From: Sedimentisphaerales bacterium
GTDB taxonomy: Bacteria > Planctomycetota > Phycisphaerae > Sedimentisphaerales > SM23-30
DNA: 64,000 nt
Assembly: GCA_963666285.1 (NCBI GenBank)
Contig: OY762711.1
Reading direction: 5' to 3' (one strand)
Shown here: piece by piece, positions 53,021 through 62,014 of the stretch
Position numbering within the stretch: the first letter of the stretch is position 1
Layout of the letters: every line of letters starts with the position of its first letter
Notes under the pieces: model-generated
Seen by the model: the letters and a program-made list of their open reading frames with translations, nothing else
What the model was told of the DNA's origin: nothing
The model's database searches: none
Made by a program: the position numbers and the translations under genes

Positions 53021-53896
53021 TTAATTGATATCCGGTTCTGTTGAACGTGTCCATAACCAGTTATTTGCCAGGATTGCAACATCTAGCATGTTGACATATC
53101 CATCATTATTAATATCTGCGCTGTTTTTTAGTAATTCTAATTCGAAGTATACTGGAGAGCTGACTGAAGCATATCTGAAGCTGGTATCTGTTTGATGAAC
53201 GGAACATCCTACCTCAATGAAGATTCCAATTACATCACCGATCTTTGCTTCAAACTCAATTGAGCCGGAATCTGAAAATGAACTATTAGTGAGTATATTT
53301 TCGTGTGAATATATTTCAGTTTCTTCCGTAGGCATACCATTTTCATCGTATTCAGGGTTTAATGCAATGCAGAAGTGATCTCTTCCGGCCGGTCCTCGCA
53401 TCCATACATAAGTATTATCACCTTTGATATCTACGTAAGGGTTCAGGTTTATCGTTACTGATACTTTATCGCCGGCTTTTTCTCCTTCTTCAGAAGGTAT
53501 TATTTTTACAAAATATCCAAGACTGTCAGGTTCATTTGCTGTTGTAAACTGAGAGAGAACGTCTATGTCTGTACCTGATTCATAACTTATGCTGGAAACC
53601 GAACATGATGCATGCAGGTCAGCTAGTTGTTTGTCACAATCCGGAAATGAATTCAGACTCATATATGTGTTGGCGTTTGAGCTGGAATAATTGTTTACTA
53701 TTTCGATGCCAATGTCAGAAAATGAAGTTGTAAATATTTCTGAATCTTCATTGGAAATAGGTCCACTGTAATCGGTACCGGAAATAGAAGTGGTGATTGA
53801 CTGCTGGCCGGAATCATATTGAAGGTCCACGGCATAACTAATTGATGCTGTAACGAACATTGCACAAAAAGTGATAATTTTACTGATCGTATTCAT
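53021..53896 (-). CDS. Secreted protein with C-terminal dockerin-like motif
   Basis: Signal peptide; ADINNDGYVNMLDVAILANNWL. Confidence 0.75.
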   Translation of the reverse strand: MNTISKIITFCAMFVTASISYAVDLQYDSGQQSITTSISGTDYSGPISNEDSEIFTTSFSDIGIEIVNNYSSSNANTYMSLNSFPDCDKQLADLHASCSVSSISYESGTDIDVLSQFTTANEPDSLGYFVKIIPSEEGEKAGDKVSVTINLNPYVDIKGDNTYVWMRGPAGRDHFCIALNPEYDENGMPTEETEIYSHENILTNSSFSDSGSIEFEAKIGDVIGIFIEVGCSVHQTDTSFRYASVSSPVYFELELLKNSADINNDGYVNMLDVAILANNWLWTRSTEPDIN

Positions 53897-54240
53897 AATA
53901 GTCTTTTCTCCTAAGAAATATATTAAAAACAGTAAATGAACTCTAATATAAAATTTAAAAAGACATGCGTGCAATTGAAGTTTGAAATTATTTTAGCTAA
54001 TTGAAACAATAATTTATTTATATGTCCGAATATTGGGATAATAACGGTTAAAATAATAAAACAGGGAGAATGTGATAATTATATCGTTTATGACTTGTGG
54101 CCGGTAACGAATTATTGCTTAAACAGCGTTTATAATTGCAGGTGTAAAAGTTTAGAGATATTTTAAATAGTGAAACTGAGTATAAAGGCAACCTCAGCAA
54201 TTTCCAGAGGTCACCTAAAGTTTTACTTAAGAAACTTTAC

Positions 54241-54942
54241 TCAGTTTTGGTTGATTGTTTTTCGCAGCTTAAATAGTTCTCTAAATGCTTTCAGGATTAC
54301 CCGGATGTTGCCGCCGGTTGGCTGACCGAATTTTCTTGGATAATGATTAACTCCGTACTGCACCATGGAGTATCCGGCTTTTTTGGCCCGGGCCAGTACT
54401 TCTGTATCGATCAATGCACCCTGGCTGACCATTTCCATATTATCAAACATTTCACGGAGATATAGTTTGAAAGCGCAATCGATATCACGCAGTCCAAGTT
54501 TGAAAAGTAAATTTACCAGTACGCACCATGCCCAGCCGTTGAGCTTACGAACAAAATTATCCTGCCGGTTTTTACGATAGCAGGTGACTATATCATGTTT
54601 TTCTGCAAGCGGCAGAATATCTATCAGCTCTTTGATATCAAACTGGCAATCGCCATCAGTATAAAACACCCACTCTTTGCTGCAAGCTCGGAAACCACTT
54701 TGCAGTGCGGCACCGTAACCGCTGTTTTTATCGTGATGAACAGCTTTTACCTGTGGATACTTTTCGGCAAGCTGATCAGCTATCTCACCGGTTCTATCGG
54801 CACTGCCGTCGTTGACAATGATTAGTTCGTAGTCATCAGTTATGTCACGCGCAACTCCAATAGCCTTCTCGACAAGAGGCTCAATGTTGTCCTGCTCGTT
54901 ATAGCAGGGAAAAAATATTGATATACTATTAATTGTGCTCAC
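54241..54942 (-). CDS. GT2 glycosyltransferase (polyprenol-phosphate glycosyltransferase-like)
   Basis: FPCYNEQ, VNDGSAD, GYGAAL, YTDGDCQF, DIDCAFK. Confidence 0.9.
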   Translation of the reverse strand: MSTINSISIFFPCYNEQDNIEPLVEKAIGVARDITDDYELIIVNDGSADRTGEIADQLAEKYPQVKAVHHDKNSGYGAALQSGFRACSKEWVFYTDGDCQFDIKELIDILPLAEKHDIVTCYRKNRQDNFVRKLNGWAWCVLVNLLFKLGLRDIDCAFKLYLREMFDNMEMVSQGALIDTEVLARAKKAGYSMVQYGVNHYPRKFGQPTGGNIRVILKAFRELFKLRKTINQN

Positions 54943-54962
54943 TGTTAACCTGTGCTTTTATT

Positions 54963-57344
54963 TTACCAGAATAATTTTGAGTTTTCCCGGTCAATCTTTT
55001 CTCTTAATTTTTCAGCGTATGTTAAATACATGTCATTGTAGAATTTTGCCCGGTCGTTATCTTTATTTGACCTGGCGATAGTTGATTGGTACTGACAAAT
55101 GGCTGCCAGTGTTTCCAGGTTTGACAATCGTCCGAGATCAACTTCATCATCAACAAGTTTTTTCAACCGTTCATAATGATTGTCCAGGATATCTTTGAAT
55201 TCATCCTGTTTGCGGAGCATGCTTTTTGACTGGAATATCAGTGGCAATGCGGCTTTTATGTACTGATCATCTACGGTAGCCAGGAGCTTGTCTGCCTTTA
55301 CTATGTTGTTATAGAATTCAGTGTTATTATTAAGCCGGTTGTTCAAATAATAATGTGCCAGGGATAGAGTACGTGACAATTCATCCGGGTAAACGAGTTC
55401 TTCGACAGGCTTGTCAAACAACTCTTTGTTTTCGGGTGAGTCTACTCTAAAGATCAAAGTAAAACTCTCGTCCATATAGAGAATTTTCCAATTGTCGTTT
55501 TTGCGAAGATATTCTATTGTTCTTTGTGATCTGGCGTTTTTGGCCAGAACAACATTAATACCTTCGTGTTCCAATATTTTGCCATAGAGATTATAATCTA
55601 CCGCCATTGCAAGCAGCAGGTTAAAATATGTTTTACCTTCTCCGTAAGTATCAATTAATTTGTCATATAACCTTGAGGAGTTCTTAGATAGCCTGGTACT
55701 TGAGATTAATTGATCAAGCATTTTCTGGCGTCTTTGCATTTCATTGGAAGCAGAAGGAAAGTTAATATTCATAAACTGCCATTTTTCAAAATGACTTATT
55801 CTATAAGCAGCCTGTGCCCTGCCGTCCATGAATACTTTACATGCGGGAGCCCCAGTTTTCTCGTCTGGAGTCTGACCCCAGGGTACGATACCGCCGTTAG
55901 TCCATTCGTTCAGTACAACGCCGCTGATATGGTTGGCATCGAAAAACGGCATCGCACGAACCGGTTGATCATTAATTCCTACCATGTGCCGAAATACTGT
56001 TCGCTCAATTCCATCAGCAGGAGGTCGAACATAAATATCCTGAACTGCCATGTAGAGTATTATTGTTAAAGCAGCGGTTGATAATATTGCTAAACCTGCT
56101 TCAAATTGTTCAATAAGTTTTGGCTTAAATAATTTCTTCCACATTTGTGCTGTCATTACAAATATCTGCTGGATAAGTATAGCCATAAACGGCGCCAGTA
56201 CAACCGCTGCGAGAAATACAAAACGGCGACTGTCAACAGACATCTTAAGCGTACCGGCAATAATACCGAACCAGGCGAAGTCGAAATCGATAATATCTGG
56301 TTTTTTTTCTTCAGAATTGCATGATGTTTCATCTGGGCGGTACATTATCCTGATGACTATCCAGATTAAAGAAATAAACAGGAATATAGAAGCAAAGACT
56401 ATATAAGGTTTAACGTTACCAAATCCATCGGAAAACAGAGGATGCCATTCTGAAACCTGTCGCCATTTAGAACCATCTTTCCCCATCATAACCATTAGTG
56501 GATGGATAAGGTTTTCTGTACCAAACGGGCTGAAGATCATCGGGGTAAGTACTGTAATAGCAAAACCAATTAGCAGCCAGAGGTAGTCCTTTTTCCAGTC
56601 GCATTTATAGAAAAGGTTTGGGTTAATTTCTGCCATAATATTACTGGCGGCATAACCACCACAGGCAACCCCCATAACTACGATTCCATATATGAACCCA
56701 CCGTGTACGTTCGACCAGATAATCATAACCGGCAGCAGCCAGAGCATAGACTTTGGGTGGCCCGCTTTCCATCTGAACAAAATCTGGAACATAATCGCGG
56801 CCATAAGGATCGTACTTATGTTTGGCCGCATATCGATAAACGATCTGGCGAGCAGTACACCAAATGAAGCGCAAATAGCTGCCAGGAAATAATTTACTTT
56901 TAATGCCCTAGCTGCCCAGAAAGCAAACAGGGCAGTTAATATAGCCTGAATGAATTTGTATACCACTATTGAATTTTCGCCAAATGCCATGTTTAGTTTA
57001 TAGAACATGACATGGCTCAGCCAGTTTTGGTTGACCCATCCTTCACAGTCTTCGATGCCTTTTCTGTATGGGCGGCTGTTGGCACTAAACGGGTCTTTCC
57101 ATGTTACGTGTATGCCGAACAGGTCCAGTATTTTCATCTGAATTGTGCGGTCGAAGTCATTTTTGGCCCATGGTCCAACGGTATAACGTCCGCATGCCAT
57201 AGCGACCCATGTGTCACCGCCGCCTACCGGCTTGTCAGCGCTGTGCAAAGCCGATACTATAACCAGCAGGTAACTGAATATGACAAGTATTATTCCGCAT
57301 AATGCAATTTTTGATCCACTTGTTTTTTCTTCCAACTCACTCAT
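54963..57344 (-). CDS. Polytopic membrane protein, probable GT-C-fold glycosyltransferase
   Basis: DTW..MACGR, WVNQNWL, RP, WSNVHGGF, SEW, FMDGR; adjacent to the GT2 gene. Confidence 0.65.
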   Translation of the reverse strand: MSELEEKTSGSKIALCGIILVIFSYLLVIVSALHSADKPVGGGDTWVAMACGRYTVGPWAKNDFDRTIQMKILDLFGIHVTWKDPFSANSRPYRKGIEDCEGWVNQNWLSHVMFYKLNMAFGENSIVVYKFIQAILTALFAFWAARALKVNYFLAAICASFGVLLARSFIDMRPNISTILMAAIMFQILFRWKAGHPKSMLWLLPVMIIWSNVHGGFIYGIVVMGVACGGYAASNIMAEINPNLFYKCDWKKDYLWLLIGFAITVLTPMIFSPFGTENLIHPLMVMMGKDGSKWRQVSEWHPLFSDGFGNVKPYIVFASIFLFISLIWIVIRIMYRPDETSCNSEEKKPDIIDFDFAWFGIIAGTLKMSVDSRRFVFLAAVVLAPFMAILIQQIFVMTAQMWKKLFKPKLIEQFEAGLAILSTAALTIILYMAVQDIYVRPPADGIERTVFRHMVGINDQPVRAMPFFDANHISGVVLNEWTNGGIVPWGQTPDEKTGAPACKVFMDGRAQAAYRISHFEKWQFMNINFPSASNEMQRRQKMLDQLISSTRLSKNSSRLYDKLIDTYGEGKTYFNLLLAMAVDYNLYGKILEHEGINVVLAKNARSQRTIEYLRKNDNWKILYMDESFTLIFRVDSPENKELFDKPVEELVYPDELSRTLSLAHYYLNNRLNNNTEFYNNIVKADKLLATVDDQYIKAALPLIFQSKSMLRKQDEFKDILDNHYERLKKLVDDEVDLGRLSNLETLAAICQYQSTIARSNKDNDRAKFYNDMYLTYAEKLREKIDRENSKLFW

Positions 57345-57477
57345 ATTATAAGTCCAAATAGTAATTCACTGTATCAGATTTCAGTTCATATTTATTTAAG
57401 ACAAGATATTGCTGTCTAATTGATAGCTGTATCTTGTTTGATATTCATGATTTATATTTCAGAAAACATAAGGATAG

Positions 57478-59334
57478 TTAAGCTATAACTTCCATAGCAA
57501 ACTCAACATTTCCAAATGGTGCGCTAATCGCATAGCCGTCTACAAAGCTGTCGATCTCTTCGATCAGCTCGCGTGCTATAGCAACGCCCAGCTTGCGGCC
57601 TTCTTCCCTGGTTTTGGCCGAGCTCATTCTCTGAAGAATTTTTTCTGGTACTACCACGCCGGGCACTTCGTTTGCCATGAACTCAGCGTTTTTGTAACTC
57701 GTGAAAGGCCAGATACCTGCGATAGTTGGTATACGATAATCTTTGGTAGCTTCCATGAAGCTCCATAGCATATCCGGGTCAAAAATCGGCTGGGTGACAA
57801 CATATTCAGCACCGGCTTTGACTTTCTGTTTGTATCGTTCAATTTCTCGTTCAAGCTCGAAGGCGACGGGGTTAGCGCCAACGCCGATGACGAGTGATAG
57901 TCCGGGTTGAAATTCGTTGCCGGCAACATCGAACCCGCAGTTGAGATTGTTGACAATTTGCGTAAGTCCAATAGCATCAAGGTCGAAGACGGCGGTGGCA
58001 TCTGGATATTCGCCTAATTTAGGCGGGTCACCGGTGATGAGAAGCATATTACGCAAGCCTGCGGCCTGGGCACCGAGCATATCGCTCTGCAGACTAATGA
58101 TGTTTCGGTCTCTGCAGCATACGTGAAGGATCGACTCGATTTGTGCCTGGCGTTCGATTTCGATTGCCGTGATCATAGGAGATAGCCGGCTGCTGGCACG
58201 AGGTCCATCGGGTATGTTGATAGCGTCTATCCCGTTGTCGCGACAAAGTTTAGCTTTATCGATAATAGTTGTAAGGTCAAATCCTCGTGGCGGTGTAACT
58301 TCAATAGAGACGACACGCTGACCGTTTGCGAGCTTATTGGCCCATTTAGATCGCTGCTCGAGCGGTACTGCAGGAGTGCGTTTGGGTTTATCATGTTCAC
58401 TAAGTTCTTTGGTAATAGAGGCTTGAGCTGCGATAGCAGCCTTATCAACCGAGTGAACGGCCCTGGCGATTTCGCGGATATGTTCCGGAGTTGTGCCGCA
58501 GCAGCCGCCGATGATGCGGGCGCCAGATTCGAAAAATCTTTTCGAATATTCAGCGAGATATTCAGGAGTGCTTAGGTATAGCATCCTGCCGTCCACCTCT
58601 TTGGGTAGCCCAGCGTTTGGCTGAACGATGAGCGGTTTTGTAATTTTATCTTTAACTTTTTCCAGGGCGGTGAGCATTAAGGACGGCCCAATTGAGCAGT
58701 TGAAGCCGACGACGTCGGCGTTGGGGTGCTCGGCGATGCTAAGTAGAGCATCGTCGCCCTGATGGCCGTAACTAGTTTCGCTAAAGTGGTTTACTGTCAG
58801 CATTGCTATGGTTGGCATTTCGGGAGCAATTTCAGCGGCGGCAGTCAGCGCGATCTTGAGTTCGGTGGGGTCGGCGAAGGTTTCGAGAATGAAAAAGTCA
58901 ACGCCGTTTTCGCGTAGTGCTTTAAGCTGGGTGGCGAATGCCTCTTGTGCCTGCTGGGCGGTGATGCGTCCGAGCGGAGAGATGCCAGCGCCCAACGGCC
59001 CGACAGAACCTGCGATCATGGTAGTGCCACCGGCGGCGGCTACTGCCTTGCGAGCGATTGCTACGCCTGAGGCGTTGATCTGGTCAACCTTGTCGGCGAG
59101 TCCGAAGCCAGCGAGTTTGATCGGGTTGGCTCCGTAAGTGTTGGTTTCGATGAAGTCAGCGCCTGCTTCGATATAGCTTTTGTGAACCTCTTCGACGAGA
59201 TCTGGCCGTACCAGATTCATTTCATCGAAACATGCGTTGATGAATACGCCTTTCTGGTAGAGCATAGTGCCCATGGCACCGTCGCCGACGAGTATTTTCT
59301 TTTTGATGATATCGAGGAATTCAGTTTTGGTCAT
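57478..59334 (-). CDS. yitJ: Bifunctional homocysteine S-methyltransferase / methylenetetrahydrofolate reductase
   Basis: DGAMGT, GFNCSIGP, QPNAGLP, IGGCCGTTPEH; HVCCRDRN, ITGDPP, TQPIFD. Confidence 0.92.
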   Translation of the reverse strand: MTKTEFLDIIKKKILVGDGAMGTMLYQKGVFINACFDEMNLVRPDLVEEVHKSYIEAGADFIETNTYGANPIKLAGFGLADKVDQINASGVAIARKAVAAAGGTTMIAGSVGPLGAGISPLGRITAQQAQEAFATQLKALRENGVDFFILETFADPTELKIALTAAAEIAPEMPTIAMLTVNHFSETSYGHQGDDALLSIAEHPNADVVGFNCSIGPSLMLTALEKVKDKITKPLIVQPNAGLPKEVDGRMLYLSTPEYLAEYSKRFFESGARIIGGCCGTTPEHIREIARAVHSVDKAAIAAQASITKELSEHDKPKRTPAVPLEQRSKWANKLANGQRVVSIEVTPPRGFDLTTIIDKAKLCRDNGIDAINIPDGPRASSRLSPMITAIEIERQAQIESILHVCCRDRNIISLQSDMLGAQAAGLRNMLLITGDPPKLGEYPDATAVFDLDAIGLTQIVNNLNCGFDVAGNEFQPGLSLVIGVGANPVAFELEREIERYKQKVKAGAEYVVTQPIFDPDMLWSFMEATKDYRIPTIAGIWPFTSYKNAEFMANEVPGVVVPEKILQRMSSAKTREEGRKLGVAIARELIEEIDSFVDGYAISAPFGNVEFAMEVIA

Positions 59335-59629
59335 TGTATTTTAATAGATATTAGGTTTTAGGTACTAGGTATTAGGGAAGGAAACGCCCCGCCTGAGGCG
59401 GACTTCACTTCGTTCAGCTTCTGCGAGGCTAATGTATTGTTAGCTGACGCAAAAGTTGGCTCCTTTTATAATCGTTGTAATTATATAAGATATAATATTT
59501 TACGTTCAGAGAGTTATTTTTGTTCTGGCCAATAAAAACGGTCCGCACTTAACGGACCGTATGATATTATTATTTATATATAATCGACAGAATAGTGTTC
59601 TGTCATAAGAAAAATGTCAGTTTGGGCGG

Positions 59630-59944
59630 TTAGAATCCGTTAGGGTCGCTGCTGGTGTTGGTGTTCATGTCCATGCCCATATCCAAGCTATCGTCAGCGG
59701 CGGGTTCGGCTGTATCGGCAGCGACGGGAACGGGTTCGGCTTTGGCGACTGCGACGTCTTCGATAGAGCCTGTCTGCTGTATTTTCCTGGCGGTTTCGAG
59801 GTCGAGCTCAACGCTGGAAACGCTGGTGAGACCGTCGTATTTGTAGTCGAATGAAGCAGATTCTTCTTCATCGCAGGATACGACGAAGCATGCCAGAGAA
59901 GCTGTAATAGCAGTTAACCCTATTTTTTTCAGTACATTGCGCAT
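59630..59944 (-). CDS. Small lipoprotein, function unknown
   Basis: Lipobox FVVSC; GAGG upstream. Confidence 0.7.
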   Translation of the reverse strand: MRNVLKKIGLTAITASLACFVVSCDEEESASFDYKYDGLTSVSSVELDLETARKIQQTGSIEDVAVAKAEPVPVAADTAEPAADDSLDMGMDMNTNTSSDPNGF

Positions 59945-60249
59945 GTTTTGATACCTCTTGTGACTGTATTTTACTCAAACTGTCCGATGGTCGGTTTGAG
60001 GGGCATTAGTTGTTAGGTATTGGGTATTAGGTAAGGATTGCCGCAGAGCGGCAGGCTAGCTAATTTCAACATAAAGAATTTTCTTACAATGTGTTATGTT
60101 AAAACATATTGTAAAATCACTCACTTTGGAATATTTTACATGATTAGATGAATATTTTCAATATTTAATTAGTCAAACTGACCGTTGGCCAGTTTGCGGG
60201 GGGGAAGAAATAAGGGATAAGGGCTGGATGCCGCTGAGCGATAAGTTTA

Positions 60250-60950
60250 TTTAACTTTCTGCCTGGGATAGGGGTGTGTTTGCGGCCAGGGTGTGGCTAA
60301 AATTGAGGGTGGATGGATGTGGTGGTGGGGTGCGGGGAGGTGAAATTCGGTTTAAAAAACAAGGGCCTGTAAAGGGGGGTGGGGAGAGGAACGGCGGTGA
60401 AAAGAGGCAGCGCGGCGGGCGACGGCGGGCAGCGGCGGGGAACGGCGGGGAACGGATTGGACTGAAATTTGGTAAAATCGGGTGATTTTGGGGTTGGGCG
60501 GACCAGAAAATAAGTGATGAGTGAAGAGTTAAGTATGCTTCGCATGTCGCAAGCGAGTGAAGAATTGAGGTGTTCGCCTGGCGGCTCACAACTTGTTTTA
60601 AAGCTGACGCGTAGGTAAAGTTCAATCAAAATTGCGGCATCTGAAGGATGAGATATGAAGGATGAAGGATGAAAAGAGGGAGAGAGTTTAAATTCAAGAA
60701 GGGCGGCATCAAAGTGTAAAGGGTAAAATAAAAAGAGTAAAGGATGTGTCCGCATTCGCGGACGACTTGTTTTAAAGCTGGTGCGGGAGTAAGGATTGAA
60801 CCGCGGATGGAGGCGGATCGGCCTGAGGCGGGCTAAGAGCTAAATCACGAAACACGAGGAGAAGAGGTGGGTTGTCTGAAGTTTGAAGGTGTTTATGCCG
60901 GGGCGGGTTTGGTTGTTGGGGGTTAAAAAGGGGGGAGATTTAAGGGATTA
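60250..60950. repeat. Non-coding repeat mosaic related to 17800-20530
   Basis: D2 at 60584-60650, D1 at 60704-60751, GC-rich GAACGGCGG.GAAAAGAG block, GAAGGAT tandem repeats. Confidence 0.8.
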
Positions 60951-61041
60951 TTGCTTTGTTCCGATAGTATAATTATTATATATATGGTTATTTAAGATAA
61001 CTCCTGTATAATAAGATAATTACGAAAGGAATCAAGCTAAA

Positions 61042-61995
61042 GTGAGTCAGAAAGTCAGGACAATTGATCTGTTTTGTGGTGCAGGTGGCAGCAGCTGGGG
61101 GGCGTACTCTGCGGGTGCGGAGCTGGTAGCCGGATTTGATATGTGGGAGACGGTGAAGGATGTTTATAGGGAAAATTTCCCGAAAGCTGAATTTTTTTGT
61201 GGAAAATTAGAGGAAAGTACGCCACAATCGTTGAAAAGGAAAATTGGCAAGGTTGATCTGATACTGGCATCTCCGGAATGTACGAATCATAGTGTGGCCA
61301 AGGGTAATAAGCCCAGATGTGAAAAGAGCAAGGATACGGCGCTGCTGGTATTGAAGTTTGCGAAGGTATTTAAGCCTCGCTGGATGGTGATAGAAAATGT
61401 GGTCAGTATGAAAAACTGGGCTCGGTATCATGAGCTGATAGATGAGATTGAGTCGATGGGATATCATACTCAGACAGAGGTTTTGAATTCGGCTGACTTT
61501 GGTGTGCCACAGAGCAGACGCAGGATGTTTATTTTGTGTGACAGGAAGAGAAAGCCTGATCCGCTGAAAAAGAGTAAACGGAAAGTCAGACCGGTTAAGG
61601 AAGTAATTAATGGAAACGGCAAGTACAGGTATTCGCCGCTGATGATGCCGAAGCGGGCCAAGGCTACGTTGGAGCGTGCCGGACGTGCGATGGAAAACCT
61701 GGGTGAGAAAGAGCCGTTTCTGATTGTGTATTATGGGACAGACCATGCCGGAGGATGGCAGACGGTGGATGTGCCGCTGAGGACGATAACAACAATCGAC
61801 AGATTTGCTTATGTGAAGCCAACTGATGATGGCCATGTAATGAGAATGCTGCAGCCGGAAGAATTGAAACTGGCTATGGGGTGGCCGAAGAATTATCAGT
61901 TTAGTTTTGGCAGCAGACGAGACAAGATAAAAATGATAGGCAATGCGGTTTGTCCACCAGTGATGGAAGCGATTGTAAAGAATTTGATAAAGTAG
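61042..61995 (+). CDS. DNA (cytosine-5)-methyltransferase
   Basis: DLFCGAGG, motif IV variant ASPECTNHS, ENV, QSRRR, IGNAVCP. Confidence 0.9.
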   Translation: MSQKVRTIDLFCGAGGSSWGAYSAGAELVAGFDMWETVKDVYRENFPKAEFFCGKLEESTPQSLKRKIGKVDLILASPECTNHSVAKGNKPRCEKSKDTALLVLKFAKVFKPRWMVIENVVSMKNWARYHELIDEIESMGYHTQTEVLNSADFGVPQSRRRMFILCDRKRKPDPLKKSKRKVRPVKEVINGNGKYRYSPLMMPKRAKATLERAGRAMENLGEKEPFLIVYYGTDHAGGWQTVDVPLRTITTIDRFAYVKPTDDGHVMRMLQPEELKLAMGWPKNYQFSFGSRRDKIKMIGNAVCPPVMEAIVKNLIK

Positions 61996-62014
61996 TTTAT
62001 TATTGGAGTTAAAA

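Noticed and set aside
59335..59630. SAM riboswitch upstream of yitJ
   Set aside because: No SAM-I/II core motifs seen; the region holds only generic repeat hairpins
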